This document shows, one piece after another, positions 9,447-19,155 of a DNA stretch of 64,000 nucleotides. How positions within the stretch are numbered: position 1 is the stretch's first letter; each line of letters starts with the position of its first letter. The DNA lies in IMG/VR virus record IMGVR_UViG_3300042934_000547, positions 124,001-188,000 of that record; one strand, 5' to 3'. The notes beneath the pieces were generated by a model, which was given only the letters and a program-made list of their open reading frames with translations, searched no databases and had not been told where the DNA came from. The position numbers and the translations under genes are program-made.

Positions 9447-9881
9447 TTATAAAACAGCTTTGAATTCTTTGATTTGATTTGTCAATATTAATAACGGTTC
9501 AACAGTACGTGTATCTTTAACTTTATTGAATGCCTGAATAATAAAAGTGTAAGCTTGTAACTTCTGCTCTAACTCTGCTATATAGCTATTCATTTGTGTT
9601 AATGATATTTGATCAGTTGGCGGTTGTGTTATCATAAGAAGTCTCAATCCCTCATAATACAACCTGTTTCTTTGATATCTTTCATTAGCGGCTGCAATAC
9701 ATGGAACTAATAACAAATCACTTGTAAGATAGTTCACATATTCATTTGGAGCCACTGACCCATAGGCTATGTCTTTAAATAACCTATCACTTTCTCTCAT
9801 TATTGTATCCTGACTTTTCTGTACTAGAAAATTAGGACCGAATTTTTTGATTGCATCTGAAATATAATTTTTTGCATTCAT
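9447..9881 (-). CDS. Hypothetical protein
   Basis: ORF with GGGAG RBS. Confidence 0.65.
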   Translation of the reverse strand: MNAKNYISDAIKKFGPNFLVQKSQDTIMRESDRLFKDIAYGSVAPNEYVNYLTSDLLLVPCIAAANERYQRNRLYYEGLRLLMITQPPTDQISLTQMNSYIAELEQKLQAYTFIIQAFNKVKDTRTVEPLLILTNQIKEFKAVL

Positions 9882-9901
9882 CTTGTTTCTCCCTTTCTTA
9901 T

Positions 9902-10453
9902 TTATTCTTCTTCTTCAGTGTCGTCATCGTCTTCATCATTATAAAAGTCAATATCAAACTCTTTCTTAAAATCAGACGAAGCTTCTTCACAAAATTCACG
10001 GAGAGTCATCTTTTCATCGAAACCTCTATCGCCTCTCCATACGATTGATTCTTCTAATGTTTCTTCAACCATATATTCTTTATATTCCTCAATATATTCT
10101 TTAAGGAAATTAAAGGCATTTTCATAACCTGTTACTAATTCCCATTCTGGCATTTTATCGCCTTCATAATCATACAATGCGAAGCAGAATAAGAACTCAA
10201 CATTTTCTGGATTAGTTGCTAATCCATCAACTCTACTCACCAGCTTCATAGGATCTCTGCTAATTGGTGACTTCGATAAATCCCTACTGATTGGTGAATT
10301 GAGTTTAGTTTCTTGATACTGTGATTTATTTTGGTTCAAAAATTCCATTATAACTTTAGCCACCAACGAATCTACATTCATATTGTTCTTCTTTGCAATA
10401 ATCGTTAGATTATTATATATGGCTAATGGTAAAATTTGTTTAATATCTGCCAT
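9902..10453 (-). CDS. Protein with N-terminal ribbon-helix-helix-like segment and acidic C-terminus
   Basis: LPLAIYNNLTIIAKKNNMNVDSLVAKVIMEFL fits the RHH pattern; SPISRD duplicated. Confidence 0.55.
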   Translation of the reverse strand: MADIKQILPLAIYNNLTIIAKKNNMNVDSLVAKVIMEFLNQNKSQYQETKLNSPISRDLSKSPISRDPMKLVSRVDGLATNPENVEFLFCFALYDYEGDKMPEWELVTGYENAFNFLKEYIEEYKEYMVEETLEESIVWRGDRGFDEKMTLREFCEEASSDFKKEFDIDFYNDEDDDDTEEEE

Positions 10454-10477
10454 TTTTATTCTCCCATTTTTGTATTT

Positions 10478-10693
10478 TTAATATCCGTAAAAATTCTTAG
10501 TACCACGTAACAATTTTTCATTGTATTTATCTTTCAATTGCTGAAGTTCTTGTTTCTTTATTTCCTTAATTTCTAATCTTAATTTTTTACATTCCAAACC
10601 CAATTCGAATTTAGTCTGTTTGTCTTTACAGTGCTTTCTTTTATACTCCAGTTGATTTAACCGTAGTTCTTTTCTTTCAATTAAACTTTTCAT
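10478..10693 (-). CDS. Small basic coiled-coil protein
   Basis: K/R/E/L-rich heptads; overlaps the upstream gene. Confidence 0.65.
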   Translation of the reverse strand: MKSLIERKELRLNQLEYKRKHCKDKQTKFELGLECKKLRLEIKEIKKQELQQLKDKYNEKLLRGTKNFYGY

Positions 10694-10908
10694 TTGAAGA
10701 ACCCCCGTATATCTGGGAATGGGAAATATGCTTCATGTGAACGCATACGCCGATCCATGATATTATTCTTTATACTTCGAATTTCATTCTTTAATGCGGT
10801 GCATTTCTTAGATATTTCCGTAATATCTTTACCTTTAAATCTCATTCCGTCACGCTGGCGTTCAAGTCTTCTTAATTTAATTTCAAGTCTTTGTAAAGTT
10901 TTATTCAT
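10690..10908 (-). CDS. Small basic coiled-coil early protein
   Basis: AAGGAGG RBS before MNKTL; TATATTATA at 10930-10938. Confidence 0.65.
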   Translation of the reverse strand: MNKTLQRLEIKLRRLERQRDGMRFKGKDITEISKKCTALKNEIRSIKNNIMDRRMRSHEAYFPFPDIRGFFK

Positions 10909-10953
10909 GTATCCGTCCTCCTTCATCATTATAATATATATTTATTATAACTT

Positions 10954-12126
10954 TTAAAAGTATTTACGTTTCTTTTTAACAAGTATCAATCCATTCTTGA
11001 ATCTAGTGATACCAGTATACATAAACCTATTACGTAGGTCTCCACCCATATCTTCTTCAAAGAAGATTCCACTATTATACTCACTACCTTGAGCCATATG
11101 ACAAGTAATAGCGTAACCGAATTCTAATTTCTCCCCAGTTTGATATTTATCAAATTTTAAGAATTTTCTTTCATTATGAGGAGCCAGTAAATATTTATAA
11201 TCACATGGCAAATCATAAAATACCTGCTCAAATTTATCTGGTTGAAAATCCACCATAAAGTTACCATCTCTCATGTCAACTGGATTTGGACTATTAACGA
11301 TTGTGCCCCTTAATCCATTAGCTATATTGATTCCATCACATTCTATAGTCCAGTTATTCTTTCTGAATACAACTTTCTCGCCGTATACTGGAAGTTCATT
11401 ATTGATATGCAATAAGTCATGACGGATTTTATTCGTTAACTTATCCCTCATTCTATTAGTACCACATATGATAACTCCAGCCTTTTTGAGTATTTCATCA
11501 GTGATTTCATCCTCATCTACGACTATACAGTCTTTATAATTACCATATTGTAATGGTAACCCAGCTAAGGCTCTTTGACCTAAATACAGTATACCTGAAC
11601 CCTCTTTTTGACGAATGATGGTCCTTAGTCTTGTTATTTTTTCTGGATCAGTTAAATATGCTGGTTCATCCATCACTGGTGGTAGTTGGTCTATGTCTCC
11701 AGATACTATTATTTTCTTACCATGCTTCTCTATATCAGCTTTATTTCTAAGTGGAACTGATCCACCCTCATCAATAATCATAGCATCAATAGCAGATAAA
11801 TCCTTATCTACTGTAACAAATTTAACTTTAGGGCGATTATAATATTCATCAACCTCATCTAAAACTTCTTTGGTCTCATAGATACTAGAATGTATAGTCT
11901 TAGCATTGGGTAATCCCTTTAAACGCATATTTATTGCTGCTTGACCTATATATGCCATGGATAATACTTTTAATGGATTGAGATTTAGTCTCTCTAAAAT
12001 CCCCAGTAAAACTGTTGTTTTACCAGTACCCGGTCCACCACTAAATTCGTAAACTTGCCTATTTGGGTCTTTATAAAATTCATAAGCTTCATTGATTACT
12101 TTAAGCTGGTCTTCATTGTATATCAT
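10954..12126 (-). CDS. SF1B helicase (Dda/RecD-like)
   Basis: GGPGTGKT, IIDE, GDIDQLPPV, YAITCHMAQGSE, YTGITR. Confidence 0.9.
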   Translation of the reverse strand: MIYNEDQLKVINEAYEFYKDPNRQVYEFSGGPGTGKTTVLLGILERLNLNPLKVLSMAYIGQAAINMRLKGLPNAKTIHSSIYETKEVLDEVDEYYNRPKVKFVTVDKDLSAIDAMIIDEGGSVPLRNKADIEKHGKKIIVSGDIDQLPPVMDEPAYLTDPEKITRLRTIIRQKEGSGILYLGQRALAGLPLQYGNYKDCIVVDEDEITDEILKKAGVIICGTNRMRDKLTNKIRHDLLHINNELPVYGEKVVFRKNNWTIECDGINIANGLRGTIVNSPNPVDMRDGNFMVDFQPDKFEQVFYDLPCDYKYLLAPHNERKFLKFDKYQTGEKLEFGYAITCHMAQGSEYNSGIFFEEDMGGDLRNRFMYTGITRFKNGLILVKKKRKYF

Positions 12127-12181
12127 TTAATCAACTCCTAAAAAAGAAATAGATTTCTCTATTTCTTCTATTCATGAATAT

Positions 12182-12487
12182 CTATTTTGGAATGTCATAA
12201 TTATCCATCATTTTCTTTAGATGATCGTCTATTAAACAGATTTCTTCAGATTTGATTGTAATAGGCATATGTCTATCCGTATAAAAATCAATTTTTTTCT
12301 GTGTAATAAATTTTTGCATTTTTTCTAAAAATTCATTACGCATATCTATAAATGATTTGGCATTCATAAAATTTGGTAATTTCATTACGATAAGTGAATC
12401 GTCTTTTATATTATCCTGTTTCATCATTTTGCGTATTTTATGAACATACATTTTATATTTTTTCTTAGCCTTAATATATTTATTCAT
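12182..12487 (-). CDS. Hypothetical basic protein
   Basis: GAGG RBS before MNKY. Confidence 0.55.
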   Translation of the reverse strand: MNKYIKAKKKYKMYVHKIRKMMKQDNIKDDSLIVMKLPNFMNAKSFIDMRNEFLEKMQKFITQKKIDFYTDRHMPITIKSEEICLIDDHLKKMMDNYDIPK

Positions 12488-12614
12488 ATCCAACCTCTCA
12501 TACAATATTGTAGATATATATGAATACCCATTAAGAATAGAATAAATAACCATTCAATCATTTTTCTTGATAATGGTTTACTATAACTATTATATTCATT
12601 ATATTTCTTCATAT

Positions 12615-13106
12615 TCATCTACCCTGAATATCTTTCAATGTCATATCGACATTATTCATTCTAAAGCTTTCTCCATTAAGCATGAATATCAAATCTATAT
12701 AACCAATCAATTGATTGAAATATGGATATGATGTCAATCTACGTCCATCACTAAAACGTATTTCCCCTACAGTTCTATAATCACTTAGAGTTACTTGATA
12801 GAATGATGAAACCTCATCACCGGTATTTACTGAATATATACTGATAGCCATTGCTAGTAATATATTAACCAATTTTGAATTATGAGTAATATCGAATGGA
12901 GTTTCAACGTTATTGTTCACAATCTCATTATAATCACCATTCTCATCCTTTGTTACTCTTTTTACCAACTTCTTATTTACTAAAATCAATTCCCCGTACT
13001 CATCATATAGAATATCATTTACAAACTGAAGTCCTAATGTGAGAATTAATTCATATTCTAATTCACTTTCATTTATTATCATTCTTGGTCTTTTTATTGG
13101 ATACAT
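12615..13106 (-). CDS. Hypothetical early protein
   Basis: AAGGAGG RBS before MYPIKR; TATATTATA at 13134-13142. Confidence 0.65.
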   Translation of the reverse strand: MYPIKRPRMIINESELEYELILTLGLQFVNDILYDEYGELILVNKKLVKRVTKDENGDYNEIVNNNVETPFDITHNSKLVNILLAMAISIYSVNTGDEVSSFYQVTLSDYRTVGEIRFSDGRRLTSYPYFNQLIGYIDLIFMLNGESFRMNNVDMTLKDIQGR

Positions 13107-13184
13107 CCCAGTACCTCCTTTCTTATTCATATCTATAATATATATTTCAAACATTTTTACATTAATATAAAGAGGTGATTAAAT

Positions 13185-13547
13185 ATGGCAGAATATAATT
13201 ATAAAAATATACTATCACAAGTTTTAGAATGCACAACATTGGATTATTTCACATTTGGGGCAACTTGTACAGTGCCATTTCATATCCCATTATTATTGCC
13301 ATTAACTAACTCAAAAACGTGGAGTGGTGGTTCTATAGGTCATAGTCAAGTTATTAATGATATACCAGAAAAAATAACCGGTATTTCAAATACTGGTCAT
13401 ATAATGATAAAAATTCCATTTTATATGACTGAGGATTTAGTAAATCGTCCATATTCATCAAGTAAAGGAATGACATTCTATATGACATTCGTAAATGCAG
13501 ACATCAAAAAACCAATCATATTAAGAAGAGGAGATGACACATTCTAA
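13185..13547 (+). CDS. Probable baseplate/spike OB-fold-like protein
   Basis: VPFHIPLL...GMTFYMTFVNADIKKPII resembles gp5/Vgr OB strands; coupled to a wedge-like gene. Confidence 0.45.
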   Translation: MAEYNYKNILSQVLECTTLDYFTFGATCTVPFHIPLLLPLTNSKTWSGGSIGHSQVINDIPEKITGISNTGHIMIKIPFYMTEDLVNRPYSSSKGMTFYMTFVNADIKKPIILRRGDDTF

Positions 13548-13915
13548 TGAAACCACATTTAACGTATAGTGTCGGAGATTTTATTGCCAGTAGTGACCAA
13601 GCCCCTATATATCTTAAGGATTTTCTGGAATGGTCTCAAATAGGTGATGTTCAATACCCTACATATAATGCCTTGCATGAGTATAGGGATATATTATCAA
13701 AATATGCAGTAAGATTAGCCCTCACCGAAGAAGAGTACCAGAGATTTATATATAAACCAGAATTATTAGCCTTTGAATTATATGGTTATACTGATTTATA
13801 TTTTGTTTTGCTATTCATGAATAATATCTATAATAACAAGGATTTTAAGTTTAGAGAGCTTAATGTTCTTTTACGTGACCATATTCCACTATTAGCAAAA
13901 TTAAAATTAAGGTAG
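13547..13915 (+). CDS. Baseplate wedge protein (T4 gp53/LysM-like)
   Basis: YKPELLAFELYG.TDLYFVLLFMNNI. Confidence 0.7.
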   Translation: MKPHLTYSVGDFIASSDQAPIYLKDFLEWSQIGDVQYPTYNALHEYRDILSKYAVRLALTEEEYQRFIYKPELLAFELYGYTDLYFVLLFMNNIYNNKDFKFRELNVLLRDHIPLLAKLKLR

Positions 13916-13932
13916 TTTTATAAAACTACCTT
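13909..13932. terminator. Bidirectional terminator (24-bp palindrome) between convergent genes
   Basis: AAGGTAGTTTTATAAAACTACCTT. Confidence 0.75.
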
Positions 13933-15692
13933 TATCTTTTTACTCTATGTACTGGTATACATTTGGTCACAAACTCACCCTCAGTAATATCATACCTCGT
14001 AAGAATACTATTATCATATGCAGGAGATTTCTTAAAGGTCAATTCATAGATACTTTCTTTCGAAGGTGATGTTATAGGGGATTGTTCACTCATTATTTCA
14101 TCAATACTTCTTCTTGACTGGAAAATACTATCCATTGTCGGTGCTTCCATACGTTCCATTTGTTCCATTAATGTGGTTTTAAATAATGGATAATTCCAAG
14201 ATACATCTTGCTTACAGCCTATACCACACTCCTGAATAGGTTGATAGAACATCTCCAATGTGAGTTTTGCATACCTAAGTTTAATACATTTAAACCCTTG
14301 ATACCATTCGCCATTCAATGTCATATCTTTCTTGATAATACATCCAAAGTCAATATTTTGCATAATTGAATAAGACTCTGCTATATGAGTTTCATTTAAA
14401 TATTTGATTACATCTATTTTACCAACATTCGTAACGTTTTCTATTACAGCCTTAGCGTCCTTATTTAACTGAGACGCACATATTACTGGTATATCTCTTA
14501 ATATTGCAACAGTCTTTAATTCATTAACAACTGCACCTAATTCTAATCTTAAATCTTTGTATCTCTCAACACTTCTTATTCTAAATAAATAGTCATGTAT
14601 AAAAGCTATACATTCCATCCCTTTATCTTCTAATTCATCCAATAATTCGTATACATATGATGTATCTATAGAACCATTTGGCTTAAATTTGATTATGATA
14701 TTTATAGGGCTATCATCAGATAGACACATCTCACCTTGAGTTTGTAATATTCTTATAGCTTCTTCAACATCGTAATCGTTAATTTGTTTGTTACTATTTG
14801 TACTCATGCTGAATAATCTACATACAGACTCTCTAACAGAGTTCTCTTGAGTTAATAACACAACACATGGTCTCTTAGTTGGGTCTTTAGTTGTTACATA
14901 TGGATTATATTTCTTGATTTGCTCCATTATATCAAGTAATAGATTTGATTTACCTGTGCCCGGCAATCCGAAATAACAATATATTCTACCTGACTCATAT
15001 CCACCGGCAGTCATTTCGTTCATTCCACGCATTCCGGTTATTAATCTAGATGATGGGTTACTAAGGTATGTATGTACACCTCTGATATATTCGTCCATAT
15101 ATCCACTCTCTAATGAGAACATCGTGTCATCTACACCGTTACTAGATTTATTTACTCTAAATTCATTTTGTAATTGCTTTAGTAACTCTTCTGTTTGGAA
15201 TATGGTATGTTCCATATTATTGAACATATCAGTCTTTAATTTGGTTCCGATATCAATAAACTTGTCCGCCTGATTAAATAAAAAGTAGTAGTTTAATGTG
15301 CTAGCTACCCTCGAAACGATATGTTCAACTTCACCATTACCAAGCTCACTGATGTTGCTGAAATCGAAATCTAATGAACCTAAACTACTTTGTATAAAAT
15401 CTATGAGTATAACAGGGTTAACGATATCATTCGTTAATCTTCCCTCTAAACCCTTGGAAATAATCCTGAGATATTTCATCTTTTCAGGTTCATTCATATA
15501 TGTATCTAAATTAATAATACCCATTAATGATTTGAGCATTATTAAATTTCCACGCTTTATTTTTGTATTCTTTGAAAATATCAAACTACAAAACATATTG
15601 AGTGTATTTATATCAAAATTTATACCCTCTGCCTTAGGCTCTAAATTATTTACTTTACCATATTTTTTGGTTCTAACCTGTTGTATACTCAT
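13932..15692 (-). CDS. Replicative DNA helicase, DnaB/SF4-like
   Basis: TGMRGMN, GLPGTGKS, TQEN, HDYL, ASQLN, IAES. Confidence 0.88.
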   Translation of the reverse strand: MSIQQVRTKKYGKVNNLEPKAEGINFDINTLNMFCSLIFSKNTKIKRGNLIMLKSLMGIINLDTYMNEPEKMKYLRIISKGLEGRLTNDIVNPVILIDFIQSSLGSLDFDFSNISELGNGEVEHIVSRVASTLNYYFLFNQADKFIDIGTKLKTDMFNNMEHTIFQTEELLKQLQNEFRVNKSSNGVDDTMFSLESGYMDEYIRGVHTYLSNPSSRLITGMRGMNEMTAGGYESGRIYCYFGLPGTGKSNLLLDIMEQIKKYNPYVTTKDPTKRPCVVLLTQENSVRESVCRLFSMSTNSNKQINDYDVEEAIRILQTQGEMCLSDDSPINIIIKFKPNGSIDTSYVYELLDELEDKGMECIAFIHDYLFRIRSVERYKDLRLELGAVVNELKTVAILRDIPVICASQLNKDAKAVIENVTNVGKIDVIKYLNETHIAESYSIMQNIDFGCIIKKDMTLNGEWYQGFKCIKLRYAKLTLEMFYQPIQECGIGCKQDVSWNYPLFKTTLMEQMERMEAPTMDSIFQSRRSIDEIMSEQSPITSPSKESIYELTFKKSPAYDNSILTRYDITEGEFVTKCIPVHRVKR

Positions 15693-15697
15693 AACAA

Positions 15698-16867
15698 TTA
15701 TAACTCCCCGCTCAAGTATTTATTAAGTTCATCAACTGTTGTGTATTCGCTTCCCATTTTCTGATTAACAAATTTAACAAATTTCTCTTTATAATCTAAT
15801 GAAGAGTCTAGTAAGAATGCGTATTCATCCCCTAATAATTCTTCATCTACAACCAATTTAGATTCATTTTTAAAATTGCTTCTGTCAATTTTTATAAGTG
15901 TGTTGCCCCTAAAGTGATTAATTAAAAATTGCATATTAGTCCTAGTTAGGTCATTTACGTGAGCCTTTATGGTAAGCCGTAAATAATCTATATTATTATC
16001 ACTTTTGTATGTATTGATATATGAAATTATTTCTTCTATTGGGGTCTCCATTATTGTATCAAGCTCTATTGTTTTATAAACCTTGGAAATAATAGGTTCC
16101 ATATGTGCATAATGCGTATTATTATCAAGGTCAGAGAAAACAATTAAAAATCCCTTTGTGTGGTCATCAGCATACGTCCAAGCATATGGCGAACCCACAT
16201 AATACATATATTTCTCTAGACACATTGGAGTATGTATGTGACCACCGATAATCACATTTCTACAATTGCAAAAATCTGTTATACGAAATACTGGTCTTGA
16301 TGAATGTAATCCTTGTGACTCTAAATCAGCTATATACATTGCACCTGATATCACACCATGTAATAGACAAATATCATAACCACCACTATAAAAAAGAGAC
16401 TGTTCATATACTTCTTTAGGTACATCATATAATTCTGGTATACACAGAATTCTAGCCCCTCTAAAATCAATAAATTTTATAGTTTCAACAATTGCTATAT
16501 TTAAGCTTTGTTTATTTAGGTAATGATAGAATAATTTCAATTGATTAGAATCGTGAGAACTTGTCCCTTTAAGTATAACAACTAAAGCATTTTTTGATAA
16601 AGCATCCTGAATAGCTTCATCAACAAACATAAGCCCGTACATAACTGGATCAGATTCAGACATAAATTTATGGTCAAAAATATCTCCACATATATTTAAT
16701 ACGTCATACTCAAACGGTTGTATTTTTTCTAGAAATTGTTTTTTTAAATATAAATATTGTTCCTTAGGAGCAAAAGCTCCAAAATGTAAATCTGCTAAAT
16801 TAACGGTTTTTAATATTCCTCGGTTTTTAAATTTATTATACCTAATAATAGGTGGTCTAACGTCCAT
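15698..16867 (-). CDS. SbcD/Mre11-like metallophosphoesterase nuclease
   Basis: ADLHFG, GDIFD, GTSSHD, HG, GHIH, YVGS; start moved to the ATG after GGAGG, downstream of a terminator. Confidence 0.88.
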   Translation of the reverse strand: MDVRPPIIRYNKFKNRGILKTVNLADLHFGAFAPKEQYLYLKKQFLEKIQPFEYDVLNICGDIFDHKFMSESDPVMYGLMFVDEAIQDALSKNALVVILKGTSSHDSNQLKLFYHYLNKQSLNIAIVETIKFIDFRGARILCIPELYDVPKEVYEQSLFYSGGYDICLLHGVISGAMYIADLESQGLHSSRPVFRITDFCNCRNVIIGGHIHTPMCLEKYMYYVGSPYAWTYADDHTKGFLIVFSDLDNNTHYAHMEPIISKVYKTIELDTIMETPIEEIISYINTYKSDNNIDYLRLTIKAHVNDLTRTNMQFLINHFRGNTLIKIDRSNFKNESKLVVDEELLGDEYAFLLDSSLDYKEKFVKFVNQKMGSEYTTVDELNKYLSGEL

Positions 16868-16961
16868 TTTCCCATGCCTCCATATTTCCGTATGCCTAGT
16901 AATATGTCCCATACGAAATAGAAAATAAAAATCCCATATCAAAAAATGATATGGGAGAAAT

Positions 16962-17411
16962 TTACACGTTTTTAATGCATTCAGTGTAGTAAACTTTAAT
17001 AGCATCCATAATAAGATTATTAACAGAATCATGGAATTCACTTCCATATATAGAAGCGTTTTGAAAGTATTCCTTTGTTTGAAAACTATTCGAGTCAGTG
17101 AATATCACTTTAATATGATTTCTATCAATGGTCATAGTTATTGTTATATAACCCCTATATTCTATCTTTACTGTTTTGAATATATTTGTTATAATTCTAA
17201 TCTCGCCATTGTAAATTTCATCATTTTTAGTGATTTCAGCATGACGTTTCAAATCTTTCACATATGAAATAATTTCTGATGATTCTGATATAGATTTTGA
17301 TATGGATTGCTGATATTTTCTATAATTAAAGAATACCAGTAGAGAGTAAAATTTCTTATATTTTATTTTCAATTTTTTTAAATGGAAATACCAATCATAT
17401 AAATCTCTCAT
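16962..17411 (-). CDS. Hypothetical protein
   Basis: ORF overlapping the upstream nuclease gene. Confidence 0.6.
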   Translation of the reverse strand: MRDLYDWYFHLKKLKIKYKKFYSLLVFFNYRKYQQSISKSISESSEIISYVKDLKRHAEITKNDEIYNGEIRIITNIFKTVKIEYRGYITITMTIDRNHIKVIFTDSNSFQTKEYFQNASIYGSEFHDSVNNLIMDAIKVYYTECIKNV

Positions 17412-18063
17412 AATATTTCACCTTCTTGTATTCACTTTTAATTAATTGTTTTAATGAAAATCCTTCTAGTAAAATATTAAAAGTTTCAGTAGCTTTTTTG
17501 AATAAATATTGATGATCAATATTAGTAAATGAGTATACATTCATATTATATTTTTGAGAATGCTTATCGAGTTGTAATATAAAACAACCATCTGGTTGTA
17601 TACCTTTAGTCTCTTTTAACCCTTGGATATAACCAGCTACCTGTAGTATGTATCTATATGACAGAGAATTAGATGTTTTGAAGTCGCCAATATAAATTTT
17701 ACCATCTATTTCCAAAATAATATCACAAGTACCTTGATATTTATCAGTTTCAAAATGTTCTTCAGATGATATAATTCGAACGGTGTGAAATTTATTTAGG
17801 TTATTCCACCATAATATAAAACTCTGATATCCATACACAACTTCTTGATACTGATCATCTGGTATATCGTATTCGCCTTGATTAGAGTTCAATTTATCCT
17901 CTATCATACCATGCACCAATGAACCAATGCAAGCTGCCCTATCTCTAACTACATCATATCGCTGTCTTTTAAATCCTAAACTATTAGCCCATTTCATCAA
18001 GTATTCTTCATATATCATATCTGATAAAACCTCAGTCACTCTCGGTAATAAATTCGTATTCAT
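17395..18063 (-). CDS. PD-(D/E)xK exonuclease (RecB/Cas4-like superfamily)
   Basis: GSLVH, E, GTCD, GDFKTS, LQVAGY. Confidence 0.85.
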   Translation of the reverse strand: MNTNLLPRVTEVLSDMIYEEYLMKWANSLGFKRQRYDVVRDRAACIGSLVHGMIEDKLNSNQGEYDIPDDQYQEVVYGYQSFILWWNNLNKFHTVRIISSEEHFETDKYQGTCDIILEIDGKIYIGDFKTSNSLSYRYILQVAGYIQGLKETKGIQPDGCFILQLDKHSQKYNMNVYSFTNIDHQYLFKKATETFNILLEGFSLKQLIKSEYKKVKYYERFI

Positions 18064-18095
18064 CTAATGTTTATCCCCCTTAAAATGTGGTATTA

Positions 18096-18119
18096 TACTA
18101 CTATGTAAACATATTAATA
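18096..18119. promoter_or_regulatory. Abutting divergent late-type promoters
   Basis: Minus TACA-N6-TA 18096-18107; plus AACA-N6-TA 18108-18119. Confidence 0.6.
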
Positions 18120-18153
18120 AAATTTTCAGATGAGCTTGAAAGGAGCTATAACT

Positions 18154-19122
18154 ATGAGTAAAAATACAATTAAAATGATAAATGAAACCTTTCTATACAA
18201 GTTAAATCAATCAAGAAATGATGCCGCAATTAAGACATACTTAACTAACGCACCACGTATTGATAGAAACACAGAAGGGTTTAAGGAATTTGAAACAATC
18301 GTGAATAGTTATATAAATTCGAAAACTATTATCGATTCAACATTAAATGCTGACCAAGTAGTTTTCACAATGGGCGAAACTCCTATGTCATTTACTGTCC
18401 TTACAGCTAAGGATATTCTAAAAGACAATAAGCATAAAATATTTGTTTCATTATTACCATATGTGAGATATGAGACTAAAGATAGTAACGTCGAAGGTGG
18501 TTTAAGCGTCTCAAACAGAGATATTGATAAATTGATATCTAGATTATATTCAGTTATCAATCATCAGGTATATTATTCTCAATATAAAAAATTGAGTCTT
18601 GATAGCACTATACTTGAGACTGGTGCTGAAATATTTGCATCATTATATGGATACATCTTTAATTATCTATATAAGATCAACCAAAATGATATCATGTTTG
18701 CTAAGGTTAAATACTTGGCTGCTAGATATTATTTAGAGGGAATTCTTAATATAGAAAGAGAGAATATCCATAAATATGCGTTATCAATTTCTAAACTTAC
18801 TGAACGTCAGGCTAACGTAATTGATATTTCCAAGACAAAAGATAATACGTTTAGTGATCTACAAATGTTCACTAAAGCTGTAGCTGACGTAACTGGTATC
18901 GATGTTAAATTGGATGCATTCATAGAAAAATGGTCTTATGTATTTTCAAGTACGACATTCTATGCTTTAGAATCATTCACTCATTTTGCTGATTTAGTAT
19001 CAAACGTTTATGTTGGTGCATATGCTAATAACCAGAAAACAATTGAAAAAATCTGCGGCATAGAAATGATTAAAGAATTTACCTTGGCTATACATAAACT
19101 AAATAGAGAAAGATTATCATAA
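18154..19122 (+). CDS. Hypothetical, probable virion/tail protein
   Basis: First gene of a late + strand operon; AAGGAG RBS before MSKN. Confidence 0.6.
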   Translation: MSKNTIKMINETFLYKLNQSRNDAAIKTYLTNAPRIDRNTEGFKEFETIVNSYINSKTIIDSTLNADQVVFTMGETPMSFTVLTAKDILKDNKHKIFVSLLPYVRYETKDSNVEGGLSVSNRDIDKLISRLYSVINHQVYYSQYKKLSLDSTILETGAEIFASLYGYIFNYLYKINQNDIMFAKVKYLAARYYLEGILNIERENIHKYALSISKLTERQANVIDISKTKDNTFSDLQMFTKAVADVTGIDVKLDAFIEKWSYVFSSTTFYALESFTHFADLVSNVYVGAYANNQKTIEKICGIEMIKEFTLAIHKLNRERLS

Positions 19123-19155
19123 TCCTTCCTCTATTAAATAAAGGAGGGAATAAAA

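Noticed and set aside
16868-17047. 60-aa N-terminal extension of the SbcD-like ORF
   Set aside because: It overlaps the upstream gene and a terminator hairpin; a GGAGG RBS and promoter motif support the start at 16867.
17395-18063. Cas4 as part of a CRISPR system
   Set aside because: No Fe-S cysteine cluster, other cas genes or array; the context is recombination/replication.
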